Position numbers and translations under genes: made by a program
The notes under the pieces: generated by a model
Seen by the model: only the letters and a program-made list of their open reading frames with translations
The model's database searches: none
Told to the model about the DNA's origin: nothing
Assembly (NCBI GenBank): GCA_964589185.1
Contig: CAZPST010000001.1
Span: 1 to 34,630, forward strand
DNA from: an uncultured Roseivirgaceae bacterium
GTDB lineage: Bacteria > Bacteroidota > Bacteroidia > Cytophagales > Cyclobacteriaceae
Length of the DNA stretch: 34,630 nt
Reading direction: 5' to 3'
Shown: one piece after another, positions 9,390-18,812 of the stretch
Numbering within the stretch: the first letter of the stretch is position 1
How the letters are laid out: each line of letters opens with the position of its first letter

Positions 9390-10397
9390 ATGAGATATTC
9401 GATACTTTTCCTCGCACTTCTGCTAGCAGGGTGCATGTCTGACAAAGACAAACGAAATGGTTTTTTTCTGCAAGGAAATCAGGCGCTGGAGAGGGGAGCT
9501 TTCAAAGAAGCAATTGAGCACTATACCAATGCCCTCACGGTAGATCCGGCATTTGCCGATGCATTGAATAATAGGGGAGTAGCGCTCATGGAGCGGGGAA
9601 ATGCCTATGACGCCATTTTGGACTACAATCAAGCCCTGATTATCGATCCTGAACATGACGAGTGCCGCATCAACAGAGCGTACGCATTTGAATATATCGG
9701 TCAATTTGATAATGCGCTGGGGGATGTCAACTATCTCCTGAAGAAATCGCAAGATTCGGCCTTCCTCCATTTTTATAAAGGATTGGTACTCACCAAAACC
9801 CGCGATTATCGCGGCGCACTAGATGCTTTCAACCAGTCGATAACATTAGGGATGGATCAAACGGAAACGTTCGTCAATGTGGCTACTATCCATTATTTCA
9901 TTGGCACCAATGATTCGGCGCGCTACTACCTTGATCGTGTCTTTGCCGAAAATCCCAAAGAACCAAATGCGCTGAATACGCTTAGTCAATTGCGCCTGAC
10001 AGAGGGTGATTTCACGGGTGCATTGTATGCCATCGAACAAGCACTGGAAGTGGTGCCAAAAGAGCCCTTTTTCTTAAATAACAGAGGATTGATTTATCTG
10101 GAAATGGGACTACTTGATCGTGGATTGGAGGATATCAATCAAAGCATTTTGCTGAATCCGGAAAATGGCTGGGCCTATCGCAACAAGGGCATTTATCATT
10201 ATCGAAAGGCGGAATATGATCGCGCAATCGAGTTGTTTCAACGTGCATTGGATACGCGTGAGTTTATTGATGAAATTCACTATTATTTCGGACTGGCACT
10301 TCAGGCCAATGGCAACTTGGCAGCTGCGTGTGGGCAATGGAAGATAGGGAAGGAAAAAGGTGAGAAACGATCAATTGACAAGCACTTTGGCTGCTAG
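9390..10397 (+). CDS. TPR-repeat lipoprotein
   Basis: ATG at 9390 gives MRYSILFLALLLAGC (lipobox). Repeated 34-aa TPR-like units (A..Y..AL..DP....A..NRG). Confidence 0.8.
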   Translation: MRYSILFLALLLAGCMSDKDKRNGFFLQGNQALERGAFKEAIEHYTNALTVDPAFADALNNRGVALMERGNAYDAILDYNQALIIDPEHDECRINRAYAFEYIGQFDNALGDVNYLLKKSQDSAFLHFYKGLVLTKTRDYRGALDAFNQSITLGMDQTETFVNVATIHYFIGTNDSARYYLDRVFAENPKEPNALNTLSQLRLTEGDFTGALYAIEQALEVVPKEPFFLNNRGLIYLEMGLLDRGLEDINQSILLNPENGWAYRNKGIYHYRKAEYDRAIELFQRALDTREFIDEIHYYFGLALQANGNLAAACGQWKIGKEKGEKRSIDKHFGC

Positions 10398-11260
10398 CAA
10401 TTAGCACATTTGGCGTTCTCTAATTCAAACTCGATAGTAGCATGATTGATGCTTACTGTCTTCAATCGCTTTTTCACCTCCGTTTTTAGTTGTTCTAGAG
10501 AGGTCATTGATTGATCTTTTACCACTAAATGGACGGAAAGCACATGATATTGACCGTCCATCGTCCACGTATGGCAATCGTGCAATCCGTAAATACCGGG
10601 TGTGGATAAAAGTAGGTCGTGTACATGTTTCATGTCCAGATTGGCGGGTGTGCGCTGCAAAATGACATTCAATGAGCTGCGTAGATTTTTGACAACATTG
10701 AATAGAATGAATGCGGCGATTAGAATCGAAAGAAGGGCATCCAGAATGGCAAAATCAGTGAAGTGCATCACCACTGCGCCTATAAGTGTGGCAGCCCAGC
10801 CCAACACATCTTCGAGCATGTGGAGATACACGGCTCGTTCGGTAAGTGAGGTGCCCGTGTGCAGGCGGAGGGCGGCATAGCCATTTACCAAAAGTCCTAA
10901 GACGCCCAATACAATCATGCCCGTGGTATCAGGCTGCACCGGATTGATCAATCTAGGGATGGTCTCGGCAATAATAAATACAGAGCCGATGACGAGTACA
11001 ATGCTGCTTATAATGGCACCAAGTACAGAAAAACGCTTGTATCCGTAGGTGAATGCTTCATCGCGTTTGCGTTTCGCAATTTTATTGAAATACCATGCTA
11101 AACCGAGCGTAATGCTATCGCCAAAATCATGCAACGCATCCGACAAGATGGCCACACTATTTGTAAATAATCCACCTATCAATTCTATGACAGCAAAGAC
11201 AAGATTCAGCACAAAGGCTGTCCCCAGATTTTTGCTTGAATGATCGTGTGAGTGGCTCAC
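10394..11260 (-). CDS. Cation diffusion facilitator (CDF) divalent-metal efflux transporter, CzcD/ZitB-like
   Basis: His-rich N-terminus (SHSHDHS). CDF signature regions (SVAILSDALHDFGD, HMLEDVLGW), six hydrophobic segments and a C-terminal cytoplasmic domain. GTG start at 11258-11260, immediately after the stop of the upstream E2 gene. Confidence 0.85.
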   Translation of the reverse strand: MSHSHDHSSKNLGTAFVLNLVFAVIELIGGLFTNSVAILSDALHDFGDSITLGLAWYFNKIAKRKRDEAFTYGYKRFSVLGAIISSIVLVIGSVFIIAETIPRLINPVQPDTTGMIVLGVLGLLVNGYAALRLHTGTSLTERAVYLHMLEDVLGWAATLIGAVVMHFTDFAILDALLSILIAAFILFNVVKNLRSSLNVILQRTPANLDMKHVHDLLLSTPGIYGLHDCHTWTMDGQYHVLSVHLVVKDQSMTSLEQLKTEVKKRLKTVSINHATIEFELENAKCANC

Positions 11261-12583
11261 TTACATGCCTCGGCTTGCGTCAAATTGCTCCAGATAATCA
11301 GCCACACGGCGCACAAACATGCCACCAAGTGCGCCATCTACCACTCGATGGTCATAGCTGTGAGATAGGAACATTTTGTGTCGGATACCGATCATATCAC
11401 CATCAGGTGTTTCGATCACGGCCGGTTTTTTCTGAATGGCGCCCAGCGCCAGAATACCCACTTGGGGTTGTACCAAAATAGGAGTGCCCATCACATTGCC
11501 AAATGACCCCACATTTGAGACAGTGTAAGTGCCACCTTGCAGTTCGTCAGGCTTGAGTTTGTTTTCTCGTGCACGTTTGGCCAGATCATTCACTTTGATG
11601 GTGAGGCCAATGAGGTTGAGTTGATCGGCATTGTGTATGACAGGTACAATCAAATTGCCACTCGGAAGCGCCACCGCCATACCGATGTTCACTGCCGCTT
11701 TCTTGATGATTCTGTCACCGTCTACTTGCACATTGATCATTGGATAGTCGCGTATGGCTTTTACTATCGCTTCGATCATGATAGGCGTGAAGGTGAGTGC
11801 TTGACCGTGCTGTGTCTGATAGGCATCCTTCATTTTACCACGCCACTTTACGATGGTGGTCACGTCGGCCTCTACAAATGAGGTCACGTGAGGGGAGGTG
11901 TGTTTCGAATGCACCATTCGCTCGGCAATCATCTTGCGCATGCGATCCATTTCAATGATTTCATCCTCACCGCTGATGCTAATGGCAACCGGCTGAGGTG
12001 CTGGTTTAGCCACAGGTGCAGCCACTGTAGTAGGTGCAGTTCCTGATTTTTTTCGTTCTACAAAGGCCAGAATGTCATTTTTGGTCACACGACCTTCCAT
12101 GCCACTGCCGGTCACAGCTTCTAGTTCGGCAACAGATATATTTTCTTGCTTGGCAATGCTTCGCACGAGCGGTGAATAGAACCGACCTGAGTCTCCGGTA
12201 CGTGGTACTTCGGTTGCATGACCATTTGACGCAGTGGCAATAGCCGTTTCCAGAAGTTGCTCCGCCTGTTTCACAGGGTTTTGGCCGTTGGTATGCTGAG
12301 CGGGTGTGGCAGCAGGCGCTGATGATGCAGCCTTACTATCGCCCTCAGTTTCGATGATGCAGATAGGCTTGCCTACTTGCACTACGTCACCTTCATTGGC
12401 CAATATCTCCTTGAGAATTCCCGCGTGGGTGGAGGGGATTTCGGTATCCACCTTGTCAGTGGCTACTTCTAGTATTGACTCATCTTCTTCGATGCTGTCA
12501 CCAACATTTTTTAGCCAGGAAAGAACAGTTCCTTCCATTACACTTTCGCCCATCTTGGGCATCATCATTTCAACTGTTGCCAT
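11261..12583 (-). CDS. 2-oxoacid dehydrogenase complex E2 dihydrolipoamide acyltransferase
   Basis: N-terminal lipoyl domain (MPKMGESVMEGTV...VATDKV lipoyl-Lys motif). Ala/Pro-rich linkers. Peripheral subunit-binding domain (SPLVRSIAKQENI). Catalytic domain with SHSYDHRVVDGA active-site motif. Confidence 0.85.
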   Translation of the reverse strand: MATVEMMMPKMGESVMEGTVLSWLKNVGDSIEEDESILEVATDKVDTEIPSTHAGILKEILANEGDVVQVGKPICIIETEGDSKAASSAPAATPAQHTNGQNPVKQAEQLLETAIATASNGHATEVPRTGDSGRFYSPLVRSIAKQENISVAELEAVTGSGMEGRVTKNDILAFVERKKSGTAPTTVAAPVAKPAPQPVAISISGEDEIIEMDRMRKMIAERMVHSKHTSPHVTSFVEADVTTIVKWRGKMKDAYQTQHGQALTFTPIMIEAIVKAIRDYPMINVQVDGDRIIKKAAVNIGMAVALPSGNLIVPVIHNADQLNLIGLTIKVNDLAKRARENKLKPDELQGGTYTVSNVGSFGNVMGTPILVQPQVGILALGAIQKKPAVIETPDGDMIGIRHKMFLSHSYDHRVVDGALGGMFVRRVADYLEQFDASRGM

Positions 12584-12612
12584 GATTCAGTGGATAAGTA
12601 AAAATTACCGGA

Positions 12613-12620
12613 CAAAGATA
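12613..12620 (-). promoter_or_regulatory. Candidate Bacteroidota -7 promoter box (TAtcTTTG) for the E2-CDF transcription unit
   Basis: Plus-strand CAAAGATA is TATCTTTG on the minus strand, a perfect match to the Bacteroidota sigma-A -7 consensus TAnnTTTG, about 30 nt upstream of the E2 ATG. I saw no convincing -33 TTTG at canonical spacing. Confidence 0.3.
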
Positions 12621-12898
12621 GCAAGAGGAAGATAGAATTGGGAGTGAAGTTAGTAATCGTCATTAATCCCAAATATTATTTCATTGGACATGAATTAGCC
12701 GAAATAAAATAGGAGGATTTTGAATAAGTAAAATGGATGATGCAAACGTTTTCGATGAATAGGTTCTCAGATACCACTAAATTAAAAGAGCATTAGCTTG
12801 GTGTTTAAGGCGGGCACGCAGGTTGAGCAAATCAATTGTGCTTAACATGATCGGTAGTCTTTGTAACAAAGGTCACACTAGCGCAAAAGACGAGCGCC

Positions 12899-12906
12899 TA
12901 CATTTG
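12899..12906 (+). promoter_or_regulatory. Candidate Bacteroidota -7 promoter box (TAcaTTTG) for the rhodanese gene
   Basis: TACATTTG matches TAnnTTTG and ends 14 nt before the ATG at 12921, implying a very short leader. No -33 element at canonical spacing. Confidence 0.3.
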
Positions 12907-12920
12907 CCTAAAAATCAAGT

Positions 12921-13229
12921 ATGTCATTTCTTTCCAAGTTATTTTCATCAACACCAAAGCAAAGCATCAGTGAACTGTTAGCAGCCGGAGCTGTAATCGT
13001 GGATGTGCGTTCCAAAGGCGAATACCAAAGTGGGCATTTGCGCAATTCCATCAATATTCCACTGGATAGCCTTCAGTCCAACTTGAGCCGATTGAAAAAG
13101 GACACACCGGTGATCACCTGCTGTGCGTCAGGTATGCGCAGCGGATCGGCAAAAAGCCTACTGCAGTCAAAGGGATTTAATGTGGTGAACGGAGGAAGCT
13201 GGGTGAGTCTGAAGAAATACGAGAAGTAA
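12921..13229 (+). CDS. Single-domain rhodanese-like sulfurtransferase
   Basis: Rhodanese fold motifs (VIVDVRSKGEYQSGHLRNSINIP) and active-site loop CCASGMRS. 102 aa. Confidence 0.8.
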   Translation: MSFLSKLFSSTPKQSISELLAAGAVIVDVRSKGEYQSGHLRNSINIPLDSLQSNLSRLKKDTPVITCCASGMRSGSAKSLLQSKGFNVVNGGSWVSLKKYEK

Positions 13230-13230
13230 C

Positions 13231-14757
13231 CTACTTATTTTTCAATTTCAACTCAAACAAGTCCTTTCGACGATCCTTGAGGTTACGCACACTACCAAAT
13301 TGATTCAGCTCCATCAGTAGATCTAAGTCCACATCGGCAATTAAGATCATTTCGGTATTTGGAGTAGCCTCGGCTTTTATGCCATTAGATGGAAATGCAA
13401 AGTCGCATGGCGTAAACACCATCGATTGGGCAAACTGAATGTCCATATTATGCACATTTGGCAAATTGCCCACACTGCCGGCAATAGCCACATAGCATTC
13501 ATTCTCTATAGCGCGTGCTTGCGCACAATAGCGTACTCTGGAATAACCATTTTGTGTGTCGGTAAGGAAAGGTACAAATAGAATATCCATTCCTTCATCG
13601 GCCAATAGACGACTGAGCTCGGGGAATTCCGAATCATAACAAATCAATATGCCAATGCGCCCACAGTCGGTATCAAAAGCCCGGAGCTGTGTGCCGCCTT
13701 CCATACCCCATATTTTTGACTCGTCAGGAGTCACATGCAGTTTTTCGTAACGCTCCACGCCACCGTCACGTTTGCACAGATACCCAACATTGTATAGCCT
13801 TCCATTATTGATCTCGGGCATGCTACCGGTGATGATATTGATATTGTAGCCAATAGCCAACTGCGCAAATTTTTCTACAATTTCAGTGGTGTGCTTGGCC
13901 AGTTCACGAATGGCGTCAGGTTCCGACAGGTGATTGTATTCGGCCATCAAAGGCGCATTGAAAAATTCAGGAAAGAGCGCGAAATCAGAGCGATAGCCCG
14001 ACACAGCATCTATGAAATATTCGGCATGTTGCATCAGATCGTCGAGACTCTTATAGGGTCGCATTTGCCATTGGATGAGTCCCAATCGCACAATTTTCTT
14101 CGTGATGGAGGGATTTTTACTCGGTGGCTCGTAGTAGATGTTGTCCCATTCCAGCAATACGGCATATTCATTTGATGCATCGTCTCCTTCGAGATAGCCT
14201 TTGAGCACGCGCACCGGGTGAAAATCATTGGAAATCTGAAAATCCAATACAGGATCATGAATCTCTTTCCGTTTCACCTGATCGATGTATTGCTTTGGCG
14301 TGAGATCTTCGGCGTATTTATGATAATTCGGAATTCGCCCTCCAAATACGATTCCTCTAAGGTTGAGCCGTTCGCACAGTTCTTTTCTATAGTCATAGAG
14401 ACGTCTGCCAAGCCGCAATCCGCGGAATTCAGTTTTGATAAATACGTCAATACCATAGAGCACGTCTCCATCGGCCGTGTGTGTAGAGAAGGAGTAGTTT
14501 CCTGTGATTTCTTTATACGTGTGTCCCACGTCGTACTTGGCGTAATCCACCACAATGGAAAGGGCACATCCGGCTATTTGATTATTCACTTTGATGACCA
14601 CCTGACCCTCTGGAAAAAGATCGATAAGCGACTGAATATGATACTCTTTCCAGTAGGCATTGGGCATAGATGCATATGCCTCTATCATGGCCGATTTTAA
14701 CTCAGCATAATCCTGAAGACTTAAATACGACAGCTCAATATTTTCGATTTCTTCCAT
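13231..14757 (-). CDS. Bifunctional GNAT N-acetyltransferase / carbon-nitrogen hydrolase (nitrilase superfamily) protein
   Basis: N-terminal GNAT motif A region (FRGLRLGRRLY). C-terminal nitrilase-superfamily Glu-Lys-Cys elements (FPEFF; YEKLHVTP; GILICYDSEFPE). Confidence 0.8.
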   Translation of the reverse strand: MEEIENIELSYLSLQDYAELKSAMIEAYASMPNAYWKEYHIQSLIDLFPEGQVVIKVNNQIAGCALSIVVDYAKYDVGHTYKEITGNYSFSTHTADGDVLYGIDVFIKTEFRGLRLGRRLYDYRKELCERLNLRGIVFGGRIPNYHKYAEDLTPKQYIDQVKRKEIHDPVLDFQISNDFHPVRVLKGYLEGDDASNEYAVLLEWDNIYYEPPSKNPSITKKIVRLGLIQWQMRPYKSLDDLMQHAEYFIDAVSGYRSDFALFPEFFNAPLMAEYNHLSEPDAIRELAKHTTEIVEKFAQLAIGYNINIITGSMPEINNGRLYNVGYLCKRDGGVERYEKLHVTPDESKIWGMEGGTQLRAFDTDCGRIGILICYDSEFPELSRLLADEGMDILFVPFLTDTQNGYSRVRYCAQARAIENECYVAIAGSVGNLPNVHNMDIQFAQSMVFTPCDFAFPSNGIKAEATPNTEMILIADVDLDLLMELNQFGSVRNLKDRRKDLFELKLKNK

Positions 14758-14908
14758 TTTCAGATTTGTAGCGGTTAGACAAGGTTATGGAGAATTGACT
14801 TCACTTGCCCCATTTATTGTGGTTTTTTGCCTAATTTGAAATACAAAGTCATACGCATGGTCTATTGGCTTGTAAGTGGTATTTTTCCGTTTTAAATTGA
14901 GCCTTACC

Positions 14909-15529
14909 GTGGCATTAGGAAGTAACCTCAAAAAACCAGTCAGAGAGAATAAACCCACAACCAAAGTGGTGGAAGCGCATGTGCGTCCTGTCCTACAGGC
15001 GCCCGATCTCGAATATACCCCTGATGTTGACGAAATAGATGAAGCGATAGAAGCCAGAGAGCTTATGTGTGTGTTTCGTGCCGGCACCACCGAATATGCT
15101 ATTCCCATTGCATTGGCAAAGGAAGTAGTGAAGATGAAGCGTTTAGCGCCCATTCCCCAGATGCCCAAACACATCATAGGATTGGCCAATGTGCGTGGCT
15201 CCATATACGGAGTGCTCGATCTACAGACTTTTTTTGGCAATGCATCAGAGGCAGCCGATCAGGGGGTATTTCTATTGGTATTGAATGACGACAAATACAA
15301 AATTTGTGTTTCCATTCCGAGTGTGCCGGATACGCTTTATGTGACCGAATCCATGAGAGAAACCAATGGTGCCACCCAGATCAAAACCATCAAGAAGAGA
15401 GAATTTGTACAGGGAATCATCAAAAAGAACGACCGGTTGATTATTCAGCTTAACATCAAAGAATTGATTGCCAGCCCAAGTTTTGTAAATGAGAAAGAAC
15501 AATCGGCCAATGGCCAAAAAGGACACTAA
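14909..15529 (+). CDS. cheW: CheW-like coupling protein with ~50-aa N-terminal extension (CheW-1)
   Basis: CheW domain ([22 protein letters not shown]...[17 protein letters not shown]...[22 protein letters not shown]). The GTG at 14909 is chosen because it yields M-ALGSNLKK, matching the N-terminus MALGRNLKK of the second CheW at 18812. The exact start is uncertain: the ORF opens at 14876. Confidence 0.75.
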   Translation: MALGSNLKKPVRENKPTTKVVEAHVRPVLQAPDLEYTPDVDEIDEAIEARELMCVFRAGTTEYAIPIALAKEVVKMKRLAPIPQMPKHIIGLANVRGSIYGVLDLQTFFGNASEAADQGVFLLVLNDDKYKICVSIPSVPDTLYVTESMRETNGATQIKTIKKREFVQGIIKKNDRLIIQLNIKELIASPSFVNEKEQSANGQKGH

Positions 15530-15531
15530 TT

Positions 15532-18069
15532 ATGCTTAATAATTTCACCATCCGCAGAAAAATGATGTTGTTCATCTTGGGTGTGACTATCGTGATTTAC
15601 ATAGTTACCCTGGGATACATCAGTTTCAACCTTCGCCAAAATGCAATACAAGAGGCTAAAAATCTGGCTGACGCCTACGCCAGGCAAAAGGCATCTGAGA
15701 TTAAGGCAGTGCTCAATGAAGATATGGCCGTATCTCGTATGATGTCCATGGCCGTGACAGAATATACCGGATTACCCAAGGTGCTGCGCGATAGCCTTCG
15801 AAGAAAATTGCTGGTAAACGTACTAAAAGCATATCCTAAATATGATGCTACTTGGATGAGTTGGGAACTTACGGCTATTGATCCGAAGTGGGATAAAACA
15901 CACGGGCGCGAGCGTACGAATTTCTACATGCGCAATGGACAAGTACAGTCTTCTCAAGAACTAGCCAACCTGGAAGCGGATAATACGAGCGGAATCTACG
16001 TTGAGATGAAGCGAAGAGGATATGTGAAGGATGGTCACGAATTATTGTCTGAGCCCTATTGGTATGAAGATTATGACTACTCTACGGCTTCTGGAGATTC
16101 GCTGTTGGGAGTATCGCCCACAGCTTCTCATTTTCACAAAGGCAAGTTTGCAGGGGTGATAGGCACAGACATGACAGTGAAGTACTTTCAAGATATGTCT
16201 GAGGTGTCTTATAAGCGTGGATTTGCTTTTTTGGTTACAAATCAGGGAACCATCATTGCTCACAAAGACCTTGGCATGTTCAGCAAGCCCATTGATAGTA
16301 TGAGCATGATGAAGGGGCTTGATTTTGATTTGAAATCAGGAATAAAGAAAGGTGAAGTGACTCCATTTGTTACCTATGATGCCAGTTTTGGGGAGGATGT
16401 CTATGTCACGTTTGCGCCTATCAAGGCAGGGCGAACTGATACACCTTGGTCAGCCGGTATCATTGTGCCTGTGTCTGAAATCACCGAGACGTTCGACGGT
16501 ATATTTAAATGGACATTGATGGGGGGAGCCGCCGGATTGATCTTCCTGACGTTCGTAATTGCTCGATTGGCCAATGGCATCACCAATTCACTCGATCGCT
16601 CCAATGCTTTATTGAAGGAATTGGCAAAGGGTAATTTGGATACCTCCAAAAAACTCAGAGTAGAAGGGATAGATGAGCTTAGTCAAATCGCGCATTCGGT
16701 CAATACATTGATGGATGAGTTGAATAAAAAGGCGGAATTTTCCAGAAAAATAGGTGAGGGAAACTTGGTGGCAGATTTCCACAGCTCGGGTGAAAATGAC
16801 GTCTTGGGCGAATCACTCCTGCGCATGCGGGATAACCTGCGCGTGGTAATTGAAGAAACTAAAGAAGCTGTGCAGCAAGCCGGATTTGAAGGAAATCTCT
16901 CTGCACGAATGGATCCTGAAGGTAAAATGGGCGCATGGAAAGACCTTACAGACTCGATGAATAGTCTCTTGGCCTCCATTAGTACACCATTCAATTCCCT
17001 CAATACACTAGTAGATGCCATGGCCGAAGGAGATCTCACGGTACGGTATCGTGAAGACGCTAAAGGGGACATTTTGCAAATGGCCAATAACCTGAACAAA
17101 GCATTGGACAACCTCAATGAACTCTTGGGCGGAATTGTCACAAATGCTAACATCATAGGCGATTCGTCAATGGAAATGCTGGCTGCCAGTGAAGAGATGA
17201 ATACAAATACGGGTGAGATTGCATCAGCGATAGCACAAATGAGTAGTGGTGCGCAAAATCAAGTGAGCAAAGTGGATGAATCGTCCAATCTGGTGGAGAG
17301 TATTTTACGTTCGGCCAATGACATGGGGCATCAGGCCGAAGAGATCAACTCTGCAGCGCAAAAAGGAGCGGAGAGCTCAGACAAAGGACTCAAGATGGTC
17401 AATAAAGTGGGCTTTAGTATGAAAGATATTAGAGCCTTTGCCAATGACACCAACGAGTCCATCAAAGTGCTCACTGAGCGATCCAAAGAGATCACACGCG
17501 TATTGGGTATCATCACAGATATAGCTTCTCAAACGAACCTACTCGCACTAAATGCAGCTATTGAAGCTGCGCAAGCCGGTGATGCAGGTCGTGGATTTGC
17601 GGTAGTAGCCGAAGAAATTCGCAAACTAGCAGAAGACTCGCGCACGTCAGCACGCGAAATCGAAAAGCTCGTGACGGATGTGCAAAACGATACCCAAACC
17701 GCAGCTAAGATGATCGAGGTGATGAGTGATAGTATTAAAGGGGGAGAAACAGCGTCCGTGGATGCATCTGAAGCATTTAAGGAGATTGCCGCATCATCTA
17801 TGCAAACGCTGCAACTCTCAGAGCAAATACTGAATGCGGCCAAAGGCCAAATGGAAAGCATCAAGAATGTGGTGAGCATCACCGAAGGTATCGTGGTGAT
17901 TGCAGAGCAAACAGCCGCCGGAACGGAGGAGGTTGCCAGTTCGGCTACCGAACTATCAGCCGGTATGGAAAACTACACTCAGCGCTCCGAACGAGTGACG
18001 GAAATTGCCACAGAATTGAAAGAACGAGTGGGTAAATTCAAACTGTCAGCAAAACGCGATAGCCAATGA
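15532..18069 (+). CDS. Methyl-accepting chemotaxis protein: TM - dCache-like periplasmic domain - TM - four HAMP units - MA signalling domain
   Basis: TM1 is aa ~12-32. A ~290-aa periplasmic region carries the Cache-like LSEPYWYED motif. TM2 is aa ~326-346. Four HAMP-like units each contain a G(N/D)L motif (AKGNLD, GEGNLV, FEGNLS, AEGDLT). Signalling hairpin is [39 protein letters not shown]. Candidate methylation site is [11 protein letters not shown]. Confidence 0.9.
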   Translation: MLNNFTIRRKMMLFILGVTIVIYIVTLGYISFNLRQNAIQEAKNLADAYARQKASEIKAVLNEDMAVSRMMSMAVTEYTGLPKVLRDSLRRKLLVNVLKAYPKYDATWMSWELTAIDPKWDKTHGRERTNFYMRNGQVQSSQELANLEADNTSGIYVEMKRRGYVKDGHELLSEPYWYEDYDYSTASGDSLLGVSPTASHFHKGKFAGVIGTDMTVKYFQDMSEVSYKRGFAFLVTNQGTIIAHKDLGMFSKPIDSMSMMKGLDFDLKSGIKKGEVTPFVTYDASFGEDVYVTFAPIKAGRTDTPWSAGIIVPVSEITETFDGIFKWTLMGGAAGLIFLTFVIARLANGITNSLDRSNALLKELAKGNLDTSKKLRVEGIDELSQIAHSVNTLMDELNKKAEFSRKIGEGNLVADFHSSGENDVLGESLLRMRDNLRVVIEETKEAVQQAGFEGNLSARMDPEGKMGAWKDLTDSMNSLLASISTPFNSLNTLVDAMAEGDLTVRYREDAKGDILQMANNLNKALDNLNELLGGIVTNANIIGDSSMEMLAASEEMNTNTGEIASAIAQMSSGAQNQVSKVDESSNLVESILRSANDMGHQAEEINSAAQKGAESSDKGLKMVNKVGFSMKDIRAFANDTNESIKVLTERSKEITRVLGIITDIASQTNLLALNAAIEAAQAGDAGRGFAVVAEEIRKLAEDSRTSAREIEKLVTDVQNDTQTAAKMIEVMSDSIKGGETASVDASEAFKEIAASSMQTLQLSEQILNAAKGQMESIKNVVSITEGIVVIAEQTAAGTEEVASSATELSAGMENYTQRSERVTEIATELKERVGKFKLSAKRDSQ

Positions 18070-18812
18070 GTATAGTGGCCATCATCAACCAAAAGGGCGG
18101 TACCGGCAAAACGACCACTACGATTAACCTCGGCAGTGCCTTGGCGAAAAAGTGGAAGAAGGTAACGTTGGTAGACCTAGATCCGCAGGGAAATCTGAGC
18201 TATAGCTTGGGTATCAATGACTCGGAAGGTTCGATGGCCGATGTGTTGCTGGGCGACAAGCAATTAGCTGAAATCCTCATCGATCAGGAAGGTATGCGGG
18301 TGGCACCTGCCAATAATCAACTTGCCGATGCAGAACTGTCCCTAGCTGCGTCTGTCAACAGGGAGCATGTGCTTAAGGATGTGCTCAAGGGACAAAAAGA
18401 CCAAGATTTCGTTCTCATCGATTGTCCGCCTTCGCTTTCGGTACTTACGCTGAATGCCCTGCTGGCCGCTGACCAAGTGATCATACCGATGCAAATGGAG
18501 GTGTTAAGTCTTCAGGGACTAGACCAAATAGTGAATACAATAAATCGTGTGAAGTCGGCTTTCAAAAAGAAACTGAAAATTGCGGGTATTTTGCCTGTCA
18601 TGGTTGACAATCGTAGGAAACTGAGCCAAGAAGTGCACGACTACATTGCAGACAATTATGCCATCCCAATTTTCAAAAGTCAGATACGTGCCAATGTAAA
18701 AGCATCAGAGGCACCCTCGTTTGGCAAGAGTGTCATTGCGTATCAACCACGCTCCGCCAGTGCGCAAGATTATCTTCTTTTCGCAGATGAATTTCTAACC
18801 ATGAATGACTGA
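18066..18812 (+). CDS. ParA/MinD-family ATPase embedded in the che operon (ParC/PpfA-like)
   Basis: Deviant Walker A with signature lysine ([12 protein letters not shown]). DLDPQGN. Walker B-like FVLIDCPPS. 248 aa with no HTH extension. ATGA overlap with the MCP stop. Confidence 0.85.
   Translation: MSIVAIINQKGGTGKTTTTINLGSALAKKWKKVTLVDLDPQGNLSYSLGINDSEGSMADVLLGDKQLAEILIDQEGMRVAPANNQLADAELSLAASVNREHVLKDVLKGQKDQDFVLIDCPPSLSVLTLNALLAADQVIIPMQMEVLSLQGLDQIVNTINRVKSAFKKKLKIAGILPVMVDNRRKLSQEVHDYIADNYAIPIFKSQIRANVKASEAPSFGKSVIAYQPRSASAQDYLLFADEFLTMND

Noticed and set aside
12711-12762. AGGAGG Shine-Dalgarno-like hexamer followed by a 9-codon mini-ORF (MDDANVFDE, ATG at 12733)
   Set aside because: The spacing from AGGAGG to the ATG (16 nt) is poor and Bacteroidota rarely rely on SD sequences. 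A 9-aa peptide has no support without conservation or ribosome profiling data.
14785-15240. 151-aa minus-strand ORF spanning the che upstream region and the 5' part of CheW-1
   Set aside because: It overlaps the CheW domain-coding sequence and has no recognisable motif. The plus-strand CheW reading is supported by the conserved N-terminal peptide and CheW motifs.
16683-17882. Antisense ORFs (157 aa at 16683-17156, 61 aa at 17331-17516, 117 aa at 17529-17882) within the MCP gene
   Set aside because: Stop-poor antisense frames of Ala/Glu/Ser-rich coiled-coil coding sequence. The sense frame carries the unmistakable MCP signalling hairpin, and the antisense products are Ser/Ala-rich with no motifs.
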